Source of the DNA: Lepidodermella squamata
Lineage: Eukaryota > Animalia > Gastrotricha
Assembly: GCA_047495785.1 (NCBI GenBank)
Contig: JBLDXI010000009.1
Span: 5,332,001 to 5,396,000, forward strand
DNA length: 64,000 nt
Direction: 5' to 3'
Made by a program: the position numbers and the translations under genes. This document shows, piece after piece, positions 52,070 through 64,000 of this stretch. Under the pieces are notes generated by a model. That model did not search any database and was not told the origin of the DNA. It saw only the letters and a list, made by a program, of their open reading frames with translations. Positions within the stretch are counted from its first letter, which is position 1, and each line of letters starts with the position of its first letter.

Positions 52070-54557
52070 ATGACAACGGCGTCGGAGGTTAGCGGCGAAA
52101 TTCTGATAATTCGCGCCCGTAGCTCAATTTCGCAGCCGATTTTCACGGTCATGAACACGGAACCACTACCTTTCAACCACCCAACTCCGGTTTTGATGAT
52201 CAACCACAACAACCAATCAAGCGGAACGGCGGCTGCTACTACAACAACCGCTGGCGATTCACCGCCCGAAATAGATGATCTATTAATCCTGATTGTAAAA
52301 GGAATCGTGCTCAGCCTCATCATTTTTCTAGTAGTTTTCGGCAATTTTCTCGTCATAGCCGCCGTGGTGACAAACCGGCGGCTGCGCGTGACCGTGACCT
52401 ATTTATTCATATTATCGCTCGCCGTCGCCGATCTGCTGCTCGGCCTCATCGTCCTGCCCATCGGCATGGTGACGATAGTCGTCAATCAAAACAAATGGCT
52501 ATTCGGGCCGGTTGTATGCAACCTGGTGACGTGCTTCGACGTCACGCTATGCACGGCTTCGATCTTGAACCTATTCCTAACAACAATCGAGCGTTACATC
52601 GCTATTGTCACGCCGTTTCACTACACGCGTCTCGTCACGAAAAAAACCGTACTAGTCGCGATAGGCCTAGTCTGGCTCGTATCAGCCTTCTGCTCCTTCG
52701 TGCCGCTGCACCTCGGCTGGAACACCATGGACGGCCAGGTGCAGAATTCACGCATGGGTGACGACCCGTTCTCGTGTAATTTCGAGTTCAACGCCGCTTA
52801 CAACTCAACAATTAGCGTTACTACGTTTTTCATCCCACTGATTCTACTCGCGTTTGCGAATGTGAAAATTTTGAAAATCGCCCATTCGCAGCGGAAAAAT
52901 ATTACCGTTCAAAAACGAGGCGTGACCGAGGCGATGCGGAGTGATTCGGGTGCATTTAAAGCTAAGGAAGTTTCCGAGAATGGCCATCAGCAACAGCAGC
53001 CTTTATTAGAGCTCAATGGCGCGCCGTTGAAAAATGGCCATGCCGAGGCGATGAGCAATGACAACGCCTCGTTGGACTCGGGCGGTGTCGCCTCGCGGCC
53101 GCCGGCTCGTTCGCTGAGTCGCATTTTATTTACTGCGAAAAATGGGGCTGCTAATAACGGCGGCCAGTCGATGGTCAAGTCGGTATCGAATACTGGGATT
53201 GATCAACAGCAGACGAGTGTTAGTGTTGGCTCGGCGATTCGACAGTTTACGAACGAACACAAGGCGACTATTACTATATTGACTATAGTAGGATTTTTCA
53301 TCGCCTGCTGGCTGCCTTACTTTGTGTAAGTTGCTCAGGCTTTTTTGCGAATTTTCAAGATTTTAATATTTTTTAATGATTTCCCACAATTTTCAAATTT
53401 GGAAAATCGGAAATTGCACCCACAATTTTGGAGATTTATTAATAATATTTAAATTTTTAATTTTTAAATTTTCTTTTTTTGATCTTCAAACTTGTTTCCT
53501 AATTTATCCTTAATTTATCTCTCACATCCTTGATATTTGTGAAAAAATAACCCTATAGCTATTAGTATGGCTGAATTTGACCTGGTCTACGCAGTCTTTT
53601 TATGACTTTCCTACTCGGTATTAATTTTCTAGGTTCTATAAATATATTAACTTTTTAAATAAAGTTGTCAAGAGTTATCTCTTGAGAACAAAAAATCAAT
53701 GGAATATCGCAGAATAATTGAATTTTGTTTTCATGGGACTCACACGTGATGTCTGAAATAGTGCGTATAATTTTGTCACCCGACTGGAGATTTTACAAGA
53801 GCAACCCTGGGCAGTGAAAGTTCTAAAAAGATAACAATAAAAAAGACTTCAAAACCGAGAACTAGAATGCTTCATCTTGAGACTGAAAAATTGGCTCGGA
53901 TGAAATTAGGATAGTTGAAGGAATATGAATATTCATCGGATGTCTTGAAACTAGGATATTTTAAAACAGCGCAAAATGAGCAAAAATTGAGCAGCTATTA
54001 GGACCAAGTTTGGATGAATCCCAGGTTCATTTTATCCAAACTTTTCCCGCAAACTTTGCTCGTCAAATTAGCCCCTCATGAATATTCATATTTTATTTCC
54101 TATTTTAATTTTCCGAGTTACGCTTCTCATTTGCGCTTCATTCGAACCTAAGCTTGGAGCTAAAATTAGTTCAAGTGCGTGCGTAATATTTTTAGCTTCA
54201 ACACCTGGAGTTCATAATTACCGTGCGCACGCTCTAAATTTTATTGTACTTATTCCAACAATTTAATTGCAGCATCGTGCCATTCCAATTTTCTATATAT
54301 CTCATTGATAGTTTCTTCATTTTTATTTTAGAATGTTCACAATAAAGCCGTTTCTGGACCCGAGGACGTGGGCCGAATTCAACCGGCGGTACCCTAATGC
54401 CGAGATAGCCATCGTGTGGCTCGGCTACGTCAATTCGCTGTGCAACCCGGTCATTTACACGTGCTTAAACCGGCAATTCCGGCTGGCCTTCGCCCGCCTG
54501 CTGCGATTACGCCATAAGCCGGTAAATTCCGGCTTCACTTCCTCGCTGACTTACTGA
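52070..54557 (+). CDS. Biogenic-amine GPCR, histamine H2 receptor-like; intron 53326-54331
   Basis: [10 protein letters not shown]; TM3 [13 protein letters not shown]...ERY; [10 protein letters not shown]; EHKATIT...CWLPYF; [14 protein letters not shown]. Confidence 0.9.
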
Positions 54558-56200
54558 GAAGAAAATCATCAGCTTTCATCTTTCAGCTAGCCATAGGGAT
54601 CTGGAATCTCCTTTATTTTGATTGCGAATGATAATTAATTTGCCGCGAATTCTTTGCCCGTTTTCCTTCTAAACGATCGTCGGTCCACTAAATGCTTTGA
54701 TAATTATTGGAAATGAGCCAAAATCTTTCATAACTTATTCTTCACTTTGGTATAGAAAATTTTCTACTATGAGAAGAAAGATCAATATTTTCGCCGCTCC
54801 GCTGAACTAGGAATTTTTTATCGCATATAGCATGGAAGAAGGTTATTATTACTTGAACTAATATTTCCTGATCTCTTAAATTTGTTCGCATAGATGAAAT
54901 AGCATATGCGTGAAATAATCAATGCATTTTATATCTGATACATTTTTTTTGAAAAGGAACTGATATCATTACTATTTTATGCATGACCGTGAGCCATTGG
55001 ATGGCCCATGTTTGATGTGCGCGAATGAATGAGAAATGAATGAAAATGAGCTATGAAAAGACACTGCTTTGTATTATACAAAAAATCTCGAGTCACTTCC
55101 GAACAAAAAAATAAAGAAATGAACGGAAAATCTGAATTATGGTGGATTTCATAAGCGCATGAGTTTTATAGGGAATGCGAATTGAACCGGATTTGGATTT
55201 TGTTTTCATCATGAGACCTAGAAAAATCAATTTTAATTGAATTTTGTTGTTTTCAATCAAACTTTTCGAACTTGGACCTTCAGCGCATTATTGACCCGGT
55301 AATCAGGTAATGAAAATGCGAAAATGACCACATTGAGGCATCTTTATTTTTCCTCACTTCGAATAGTAATATCTTCACTTTGAAAACAGTTTTTAATTTA
55401 ATCGCAATATATTTTGTACATTTTTCGAACATGAACTTCAATTAGTAATAAGATTAGTTATACAATGGACCATGAATCGCCGAGTACTTGTAAAGAATTA
55501 GACAGTAGCAATGATGATAACAAGTGGTATGTAGTATTGCAAAAGCGGAAGTTTCTCCATCGCTAATCATGAGCCAGTCGATTTAACCAACCGCAGCCGG
55601 GAAAAACCTGAAATCATTAATTATAGGCACACATTGAAAAATACGTGAAATAAATCGGCAATTAAAGGTGGACAAAAGTTCAGTTAATTATTATTACAAT
55701 GATATTATTATAACATTTATTATGAAGCGAGATGATGGAGTAAGAAGAGACAAGTAGTAGTTTTGGAATTCACGAAATCCAGAGTTGGTTGCACCACCTT
55801 GAAAGGCCAGTTAAGACATTATATCCACATCAGTTTTAGTTAGTTAGGTTATCCATCAAATCCATCTTGAATACGGTACAAAAAACAATATTTTTTACGT
55901 CTATCGATTGCTCACTTTTTGTTACATAATAGACAAAAGACCTCGGCGTTTTAACGCATCAAAGAAAAAACCCGAAATTGAGACATTCTGCAATAAAATT
56001 GGCGAAAAATTCAACTTGAAATTTTAAAAGCCCAATAATTAGGAAAAAATATTAGCTTCGAGTTTTGTAATGGCTCTTTTATTGGAGAATGTCTCAATAA
56101 AATCAATATTTATCGTAATTAATTTCAATCTAAAAATTAAGATATTTTTTATATTCAATATTTTTCCGAATTTTTCTTTTGTCTCTAATGAAAGAAACTA

Positions 56201-58056
56201 CTACAAAATGGTACAGCATCGGTTAGTTTTCTGCGCCGTTTTATAGAACATTTTCGACTGCGCACTCAACGACTCGGATTTCGCGACCAAATCCGACAGC
56301 TTCTCATCGCGCTGCAGCAGCGTTTCGAGCGTGTTGTGCAGGATGATTTTCGTCTCGTCCAAATCCATCTGCAGCTTCGTGATCGCGTCCACCTTCTGCG
56401 GGTTCTGGTAGTCGGCCAGGTACTTGTCCAGCTGCGGGAACCGCGTGGCCACCTGCGCGTTCTCGGCGCCGGGAGTCGCGGGTGGGACCGACCAAATGTG
56501 CTGCGGCACGGCGGCCTGGAACTCGTCGAGCAGTTTCGCGAGCATCGTGTGAGCAACCCGCCGCACGTACTCGGCGTCCGTGATGCACACGGCGCCGAGG
56601 CCGTTCGACAGCGCGTACGCGTGGCAGATGTACTCTTGTTCTTTGACGGAGACGCGCCCGCCGGGTGACACGCGGCCGACGACGATCTGACCCGTGAACA
56701 CCATGAATTCTTGCACGCTGGAAAAACAGAAAAAAAATCACCAATTATTTCAAAATCAAAACAACACAGCTGATTTTCTGAAACTCCCGAGTATAGTGCA
56801 ACCTAGAAATATACCGGGAAAAGGCATAGAAAAGTCTAACGTGAGAAACAATTTCCGAATCAATGGCTAGAGGGAATTCGAAGTTCACTTACAGCTGATA
56901 ATTAACGATGAACTTTCTCATCGAGATGGAAATGTAGTCTAGCCAATACCGAAAAATTACCGATCCAACCGGGTTTTTTCGGCCGGTTCAAATTTTCTTC
57001 GATAAAATGGTAGGTGGTGGTTGAAAATTGTAGCAACTCCCTTGGGAGACACTGTATAACAGAATCGGAAAATGATGATTAACAAAATCTATTCATTTCG
57101 AAATCAGTATTTTTGAATGTTTTTATTCAATTTCAAGCAATCCTATACATTTTTAATTTGATTCTAGCTAGATGCTAAAAGCCTGATCTTGAGATAAATG
57201 TATCCTTCTCCAATTTGAATCCAAGTCTTGAGAATATTGCAAGATCTGATGTGGTTGGTTGTATCAAGTCAGAAATCGGAAATTCTCAGAAAATGTTGAG
57301 GCTTTTATATTTCAGTCTAGGGTCAAGACTATTTGGTGCCTCAGCCATTGTGTCTCGGGCCGGCATCAGATAGGTCAAGAACTCTTTTCCCGGGTCTTGA
57401 ACCTGTCGAATTATTCTGAATCACTAGATGAATCATTGGTTTATTTCAATTAATAACCGGACAATTTTAGAGCCATGTCAAAATGTGGCATATTTCAGCT
57501 CAATTTAATGAGAAAAGGCTTCATCATTGAAAGTTGAGAACGAGAAAAGCGACAAATTTCAGCTAAACTTGTACAAAAATTCAATATTTTAATCATAACT
57601 CAATTAGGAGATTCAATTAGGCTCTCAGACGACAAGATTCCAAGTTAGGAAAGTCTGAAAGCTGGAACTCGGGCGATCTCAATTTTACTCCGTATGATTT
57701 GTGTCGGTTTTACAGTGAATGTTACTTTATAAAATTCAGGGCAATTCCTCAATAAAAAATTGAATCACTGTTCCGGAACTCGCAGTTTGAAAATACTTTC
57801 AGGGATAGCCTTATTGATATCAAAAAATGAACTGTCTATACTCCGAGGGCGGATGAAACCTGAGACATGAACACCGTGAATAAATTGGTCAATTAAAAAA
57901 TCCGCACTCAAAACGTGAGGACATTCAATTAAAAATGCACGCAGCAAACCTTTGGCGTTGAAAGTAACCGAAGGAATTGAGATCATAGGCGCCTTTGATG
58001 ATGAACGGGTCCTTGCCCTCGGCTTTGCATATCAACTGCACGGCGTAGATTTTCAT
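56201..58056 (-). CDS. YKT6: R-SNARE YKT6 (exons 58056-57950 and 56717-56201)
   Basis: MKIYAVQL...AYDLNSFGYFQRQS|VQEFM; LDETKIILHNTLETLLQRDEKLSDLVAKSESLSAQSKMFYKTA; C-terminal CCTIL. Confidence 0.96.
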
Positions 58057-59146
58057 CTCCGAAAATTAACAAATAAAAAACCTAAAACAAAACAAGAAAA
58101 CACTTGTAATTTTGAGACTTCTTCTGTCTTTTATTGAAAAAACTCCGCGGCCGCCTTAAAAACTTATAGCTATAACATCCTAATTTATACACATATAGCA
58201 ACACTGAGATACCGAAATTAGTTATAAAATAGCAGTTTAGAAGCTCTTTCATACGTCGCCGACAATTTAACACAGGTATTTCGAGAGAAAAATAGAAACC
58301 ACCCCGCGATTGAATCGACTAAAGAAAGGCTTGAAAACTTGCTAGAGAAGATGATTCGATTATAATAGCAATTTCTAGTAGTTAAATAACATGAAAAATT
58401 AAACGCCTAAATTTTTACCTCAAATGGGCAGCATATCATGTCAGATCATACGTCACATTCATAGAAAAATGAGGCCGGGATTTTTTTGAAAATTTTATAA
58501 AACACGTACACAGCAAATGTATCAGCATGATATTAGTACCATTTTTTCTTGATTTTTTTTCGTCAGGAGTTGACTAATAATATGGTAGAAACAAGGGTAA
58601 ATTATTAATCAATTAATTAGGTACAGAGACCAGAATTTTTCAACGGCAAAAGAAAACAACAAGACGAGACGTATATGAGCTCAGGTATGTAGAGAAAAAT
58701 TAAACTTAATATAACAAAGATATAGAACAAAAAGTGGGTGCGAATTTCATCAGAAAATTATTGCATTTTTTAATCAAAATTTTATGCACATTCAAGTGAT
58801 AATATTATAGAAAATTACTATACATGTGCAGTAGTAGTGGTATAGTAGTCGTAATTAAGGGGAGAAAATATTGTGTGATTAATATAGAAGATACAAACTA
58901 TGAAAACGAGACAAAAAACCAACAAAACTTTGCTGCACATTTTTCGTAGAAATTATATAGCTTTTTTTGGAGAATCATTATTTTACTATCATCATTCAAC
59001 GGCGTTTCTTTGCTCATCTCAGAGTACCACAATCGTGAAAGAAAGAAAATAATGACGCGGATTTTTTCGAAAATTTCAAAAAATTAAGGTAGAAAACGAA
59101 TTGTTCATCAGGTAAATATGAATATACTTTCCCCCAATACGAAACA

Positions 59147-59734
59147 TCATTGACGGCGGCGTAACTCAGTGGTGATTGCTGTTGTCGACACGCTCGACGA
59201 GGAAGGGTGATAAGAAAACGATGAGGTCGAAGTCGAAGCACTTTCTTCTTGAGCGACGCGAATCAAATTAGCATTGAGCGCGGTTGCTTCCACGTAGTCC
59301 GGAATGAGGACTGGCAAATCGCTGTCCGGGCAGCTAGCACAAGCTTGGTCCCACGTCCGCTGGCTAGCTTCCGCCTCAGCGATCACTTCATGCCAGTATT
59401 GCTGTTCCGTCTACTCGTCGAAGTTTTAATTGAAAGCAACGGAAAACTGAGCACAACTCACCTCTTTGTCGAACTGCTCCAAATCAGTTCTCGCCATCCA
59501 TTCATAAGCAGTAAAATCACCGTCCTCCTCGTCATCGTCCTCGCTTTCATCGTCTTGGTCACCGTTATCGACTTCTAATTGGTAAATTTCTACTACGCCA
59601 TTACCGGGTACTAGCCAACCCTCGTGGAGTAGCACTTCTAACACGTTAACTTGATCCTCATCAGGGAGGTTATTGGCATTGTTACTGCTATTATTAGCAC
59701 CACCGAGGCCGTCCGAGGAGTTGATGTAACACAT
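59147..59734 (-). CDS. PAIP2-like acidic protein; intron 59461-59411
   Basis: The spliced segment DFTAYEWMARTDLEQFDKE|TEQQYWHE resembles the PAIP2 core ([24 protein letters not shown]) and follows an acidic tract. Confidence 0.65.
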
Positions 59735-61695
59735 TTCTTGCCGGCGGGAAGAAGATAATGGGGTAAATACTCTTTTATAAGAATAAAAATTCTGTAACGA
59801 GTCAGCAATGATTAGACATCATACAATCCGAAAAAAATCCACCGAGAAGCACCTTGCTACTGACTATGATATCTGACAAAACGCTATGGCAGACGAAAAG
59901 CGACCGCCATCAAGGATCCTCTATCCACGAGTAAATTGCTTATGCAAATGGACTGAAGTAAGCCACATGCTCACAGTCCCATATATGACATCTAAAATCA
60001 TGGCATAACAAGCGCGAAGCGAAAACCCAATCACAGATCTCTGTTCACACTTTTGAAACGAAATGTCATCAATCCCGAAAATTGACCTTTATGTTGCGTA
60101 AAACATCAAGTAAGGAATTAGCCGACATATGATGAGTGATTGTAGATTGAATGCTGAGCGGCAGCAGATACAAATTATCGCATATTACACTTGGTGATTT
60201 CAAGATAAAAATTCATTGGTCCCAGAGCAAAGCTTTAAGATAGAGGCTCCTGGGAAGTTGATATTGCTGAAGTGTGTGGGAACTTGGAAGGTTTGGCAAG
60301 GAATCAAGTTTCTCCAGGAATAAATGTAAAATAGCGCTGCACATGCACATGCCATAGCAGTGCGCGTTCACAGCTTCACAGACATAGCCAAAACATTCAT
60401 AGATGAACCTAGAGCCTAGAGATAAAGAGTCAGATAAAAATACAGATTGAAATGATGGCGATTTTCCAGAGAGAAATTTTAAACCCAGCCGTCAAGGATT
60501 TAGGACCTCTGAGCGTGGGCTTTAGTTTTGATGCCATCTATTGAATCATCAAAGACAACAGAGATAACAGAGGAAACGCAAAGACGCGTAATGCTGAGTA
60601 ACGAGGGACGAGGGTCGAAAAAGAGTACGGTTTTCGAGAACAACAATAACGGGGGAGGGCTGCCAAAAACGGCGCACTTTTTTCTGTTTTGAAAAATCAG
60701 TTGTTTCAGCAATCGTTCAAGGTCAAACATGTAATAACAAAAATTCTGTGATTAAAAATATTTATTTATCGGCAGTTTCAGAAGGTGCAAGATAAATATA
60801 AAATTTGTAGTCGCAGTTTGGCGCTAAAAATAAGACCGACTGCTGCACAGGGTTTGCGCGTTAGCTGCGAGCAGCGCCCTTGGCTACGGCCTATATATCT
60901 ATTGGCTGAAATCGGGTTTTTGGAATAGGAAACATTAGTGTAATCCTGATGAAGCTGACTAATACTGCCTCTTACGAAATAGCGAATTGTCAGCTAAGCA
61001 CTGCTCAGTTTTGCTCCATCAGATCAAGTTGAGGGTCCATCCTGCTTTTCCAAACAATGGCTCATTTTTCAAACGATTATTTTGGTATCAGTGGTGCGAA
61101 ATCGAGAAGCTTGATGGGACTCTTGCCCACGAGGGATTTGAATGACGCGGCGAGCAGCGAACTACGATAAACAAACTTAGGCAGATCGCTCACAGGAAAC
61201 AGCCACACCCACTCATGCACCACGTTTTTTTCCGATTTTAACAACTGGCTTGAAGTTACAAATGCTTGGCGTATCAGAAACAGATGTTGTTTCTTTCTGG
61301 TGTTACATCTCACAGGCCAAGTAGCATGCGCGCTTTAAATTCGTTTAACATAAACCAAGAAAAATACAAAGACTTGAGGGATTTTATTCATGGTTCTCTA
61401 AAGGAATAAAAGTGGGCTAGAAATGAAATAATGATTGAATAGAATAGAATAGCAGATATAACTGAAAATGGCATTGGAAAAATCCCGGTTTGTTGTTGCT
61501 TTACTTGATTTCGATTGGACTCGAAAGCGAATTCAGGGGCAATTATCATATTATGCAATCATATCACACCGGTAGGCAAATTTTCCTATTTTTTAAATTT
61601 TCAAAGGAATATTAAGTTATTCGCTTTATTTATTTAGGTAATCGTCTCGTGCATTCTAACCTAAGCAAGCATCAGCAGTCACCATGTAGTCGTCA

Positions 61696-62385
61696 TTATG
61701 GTTTTTTCTCACTATCTTGATCGCTCATTTTTCGAACTTCCGGAGTTCTGACTTTCTGAATTCCTCTTCTCGCTTGATGAAGCATAGCTTTACAAAGTCT
61801 CGCCTCATTCTCGCAAAATTGAGCCACTTTCAGCATTGCCCCTTTAGCTATCGAATTCCGTCGTGCAATGTAGAGTTTGATTTCCTTGTCAATCTTCTCC
61901 AGCTGGGCATCATCCCGTTTGCTGCCCCTGAGAAACTCAATCAGACTCGGGAACCACTTGCTTTCGCAGTCAGTCAACTCGTCTTTCGGAATCGAGTGCC
62001 GAACCTCTTGCAACAAAAAGCTCACAAAATGGTAAGCTGCTCGGTTTGGGAATTCTGCATCGGTCAAAGCAACTCCACAGAGACCATCAGGCTGCAGTTC
62101 CGCATGACATTTATAGCGACCTGAGTCAAAAGATTTAGTAGGTTGATCAGTATACACATTTTCCGCTGCCAGGCTCAGCATGTCGGTGGGGAAAGGACCC
62201 ATTTCTCTAAAATTGAATAAAATTGAATAAAATTGAATAAACGGACAAAATCGTGGAAGAACTTACTGGTCTAGCTCATCAAGTACGAACATGTCCACTT
62301 CGTGGCCTTCAAATTCATGCTCTTTGCTTTTATCTCCCTCGGCTACCTTGGTGTAGTATAATACGTGGATGGCGAAAAGCTTCAT
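61696..62385 (-). pseudogene. Divergent YKT6 paralog (longin domain), apparent 1-nt frameshift near 62305, no CAAX; intron 62266-62207
   Basis: MKLFAIHVLY start; YKCHAELQPDGLCGVALTDAEFPNRAA matches the YKT6 longin domain; phase-2 intron at the equivalent position to YKT6. Confidence 0.75.
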
Positions 62386-62714
62386 TTCGTGGTTCGACTG
62401 TATGCAAATGTGTAAGTTGCTTCTGCTGCCATTCGATCGGCTGTCTTATAACCTGATAGCCATAATCGCGAATTCTTATGGCATATTTCATCATTCATTT
62501 TGGCCAGTCACATTTTATAGGCCGTGATTGTAAACTATTTCAAGGTAATAAATAAGTATCATTGAGTTGAAGAACCAGTTGGCCGGTTCAGCAGAGCGTA
62601 ATAAATATTATATAAATATTCATAGAGTAATAAACCGTTAAAAATGGCAAAGGTAACCTTCTTCTTCAACATTCGCATCTCCTAGATGATTTTTTAAAAC
62701 AGCGCGCTGTAGCA

Positions 62715-63018
62715 ATGTCGATTGAGCAAACGAAAATTGGGCAACGAAAATAGAGCAAGGGCTTTTGACCAACGATATTAGAGCAAACGAAATTAGAGCA
62801 AAACGACTTTTCGGCAAAACGACACGAGAGAAAATTTTATTTACTACAAATACACAGCAATAAATATTAAATTGTGACAGCTGCAATTAATTATTAAATT
62901 TGCTCTCATGTCGTTTTGCCGAAAAGTCGTTTTGCTCTAATTTCGTTTGCTCTAATATCGTTGGTCAAAAGCCCTTGCTCTATTTTCGTTGCCCAATTTT
63001 CGTTTGCTCAATTGACAT
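62715..63018. mobile_element. MITE / foldback element, about 123-bp inverted arms with GAGCAAACGA-type subrepeats and about 58-bp spacer
   Basis: 62715-62837 is a near-perfect reverse complement of 62896-63018. Confidence 0.88.
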
Positions 63019-63106
63019 AGAACCGTAGCAATTTATATTGCGAACGAGATTATTGTGAATTGTAGATTGTGTAATCACTTAAAAGTCCAATCCAATGCGC
63101 ACGCTG

Positions 63107-63320
63107 ATTGGTCAATCGATCGTTGTTATGACTCCCGGATGAAACATGTTGGTCGCAGCAATTTACGACCATTAATAGGTATGGAGTTTACGCTCGTGGT
63201 CAATGGAAACCGTGCAGAGGGTGTGGCAAGGTAATTTTTTGCATAAATATCAAATTAGTGGATCGCACGACTAAATTGTTTCATTCCGGAGTCATTATTA
63301 GCAACGATAAATCGACCAAT
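63107..63320. repeat. Older, degenerate inverted repeat (probable MITE)
   Basis: ATTGGTC...ATCGTTG...ATGACTCC.GG.TGAAACA at the left end pairs with TGTTTCATTCCGGAGTCAT...CAACGAT...GACCAAT at the right end. Confidence 0.65.
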
Positions 63321-64000
63321 TTATCTGGGCGCCAAAGTTCAACTTACCAGAGGTTCCACAATGTGATTTAATGTGCCATGAAACTCTTCGAGCCTCAACT
63401 GGCCTCATCACTGAAGCTACAATTTTTCGGGCCATCGGTGCGGTAGTCTTCATCATGAACGCAGGATAAAAATCGTAAGATTACTCCGTATTCACTAGCA
63501 CTATGCCCAGGAAACAGATTGTAAAGACAACGAATTAAATTTGTTTCGATTTGAATGGCTGAAATATCTATCTGCAATGCTTAGAAATATTTTTTTGAAA
63601 ATTCGTCGAATCTAAATTTTGGAGGACTGTCAAAATTCTGATAAAAGGAGGGCGTTTTCAGAGAGTTTAATAACCTTTTAACTTTGATTATCTCCTTCAA
63701 ATCATCATTTTACTTTGAGCCAGCATATCACTAGCACCAACAGTTGGATTCGTTTGGCTGCGGGAAACTCACTTGGGGTTCCACATCGGGGGAAGTTGTA
63801 TTTCTCGATGGCTAGCTCGATAATTATTCGTTTTATTTAACGCATCACGCATTTAGATATATTTCCCAAGAAAGTATCAGCAGCCGCCAAGTAGTCTCCA
63901 TTATGGTTTTCCCTCACTATTGTGACCAATTACTTTTCCTTCGCTCTTCCGTAATCCGCTTGAGAAAGTAGATCTCGAGCGAGTTTCATCTCCCTCTTGA

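Noticed and set aside
60945-60995. Second CTGATGA...CGAAA hammerhead-like motif
   Set aside because: No convincing stem II/III or cleavage triplet geometry.
62270-62275. In-frame TAG in the YKT6 paralog as read-through or recoding
   Set aside because: The alternative frame (HEVDMF...) aligns better with YKT6 and fits the intron phase, so a 1-nt indel explains it more simply.
63340-64000. Coding-like minus-strand sequence with stops (helical-repeat-like, plus an FHGT word)
   Set aside because: Interrupted by stops and cut by the window edge; family cannot be assigned.

Overview
Eukaryotic window from an unidentified invertebrate metazoan. It has GT-AG introns, many only about 50-60 nt long. 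It contains one tRNA-Asn gene and about 15 protein-coding loci. In order: a signal-peptide ankyrin protein; EXOC4/Sec8 (9 exons over 19 kb, with TE-filled introns and a nested antisense nAChR alpha gene); epsinR/CLINT1; attractin; a signal-peptide JmjC protein; SNRNP27; SPEF1; a RING-B-box-coiled-coil-ankyrin gene; two tandem C-type lectins; a histamine-H2-like GPCR; YKT6; a PAIP2-like gene; and a divergent frameshifted YKT6 paralog. Main leads: (1) Up to four same-strand gene junctions share the layout AATAAA, then about 25-50 nt T-rich sequence, then an AG acceptor, then ATG. This suggests operons resolved by spliced-leader trans-splicing. (2) Unusual architectures: a cell-surface ankyrin protein, a TRIM-ankyrin protein and a non-prenylated YKT6 copy. 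(3) An nAChR with two agonist-box Tyr-to-Trp substitutions. (4) A young non-autonomous LTR element with an intact antisense ORF, nested in a TIR element upstream of that receptor. Gene models were read by eye; no database searches were run.
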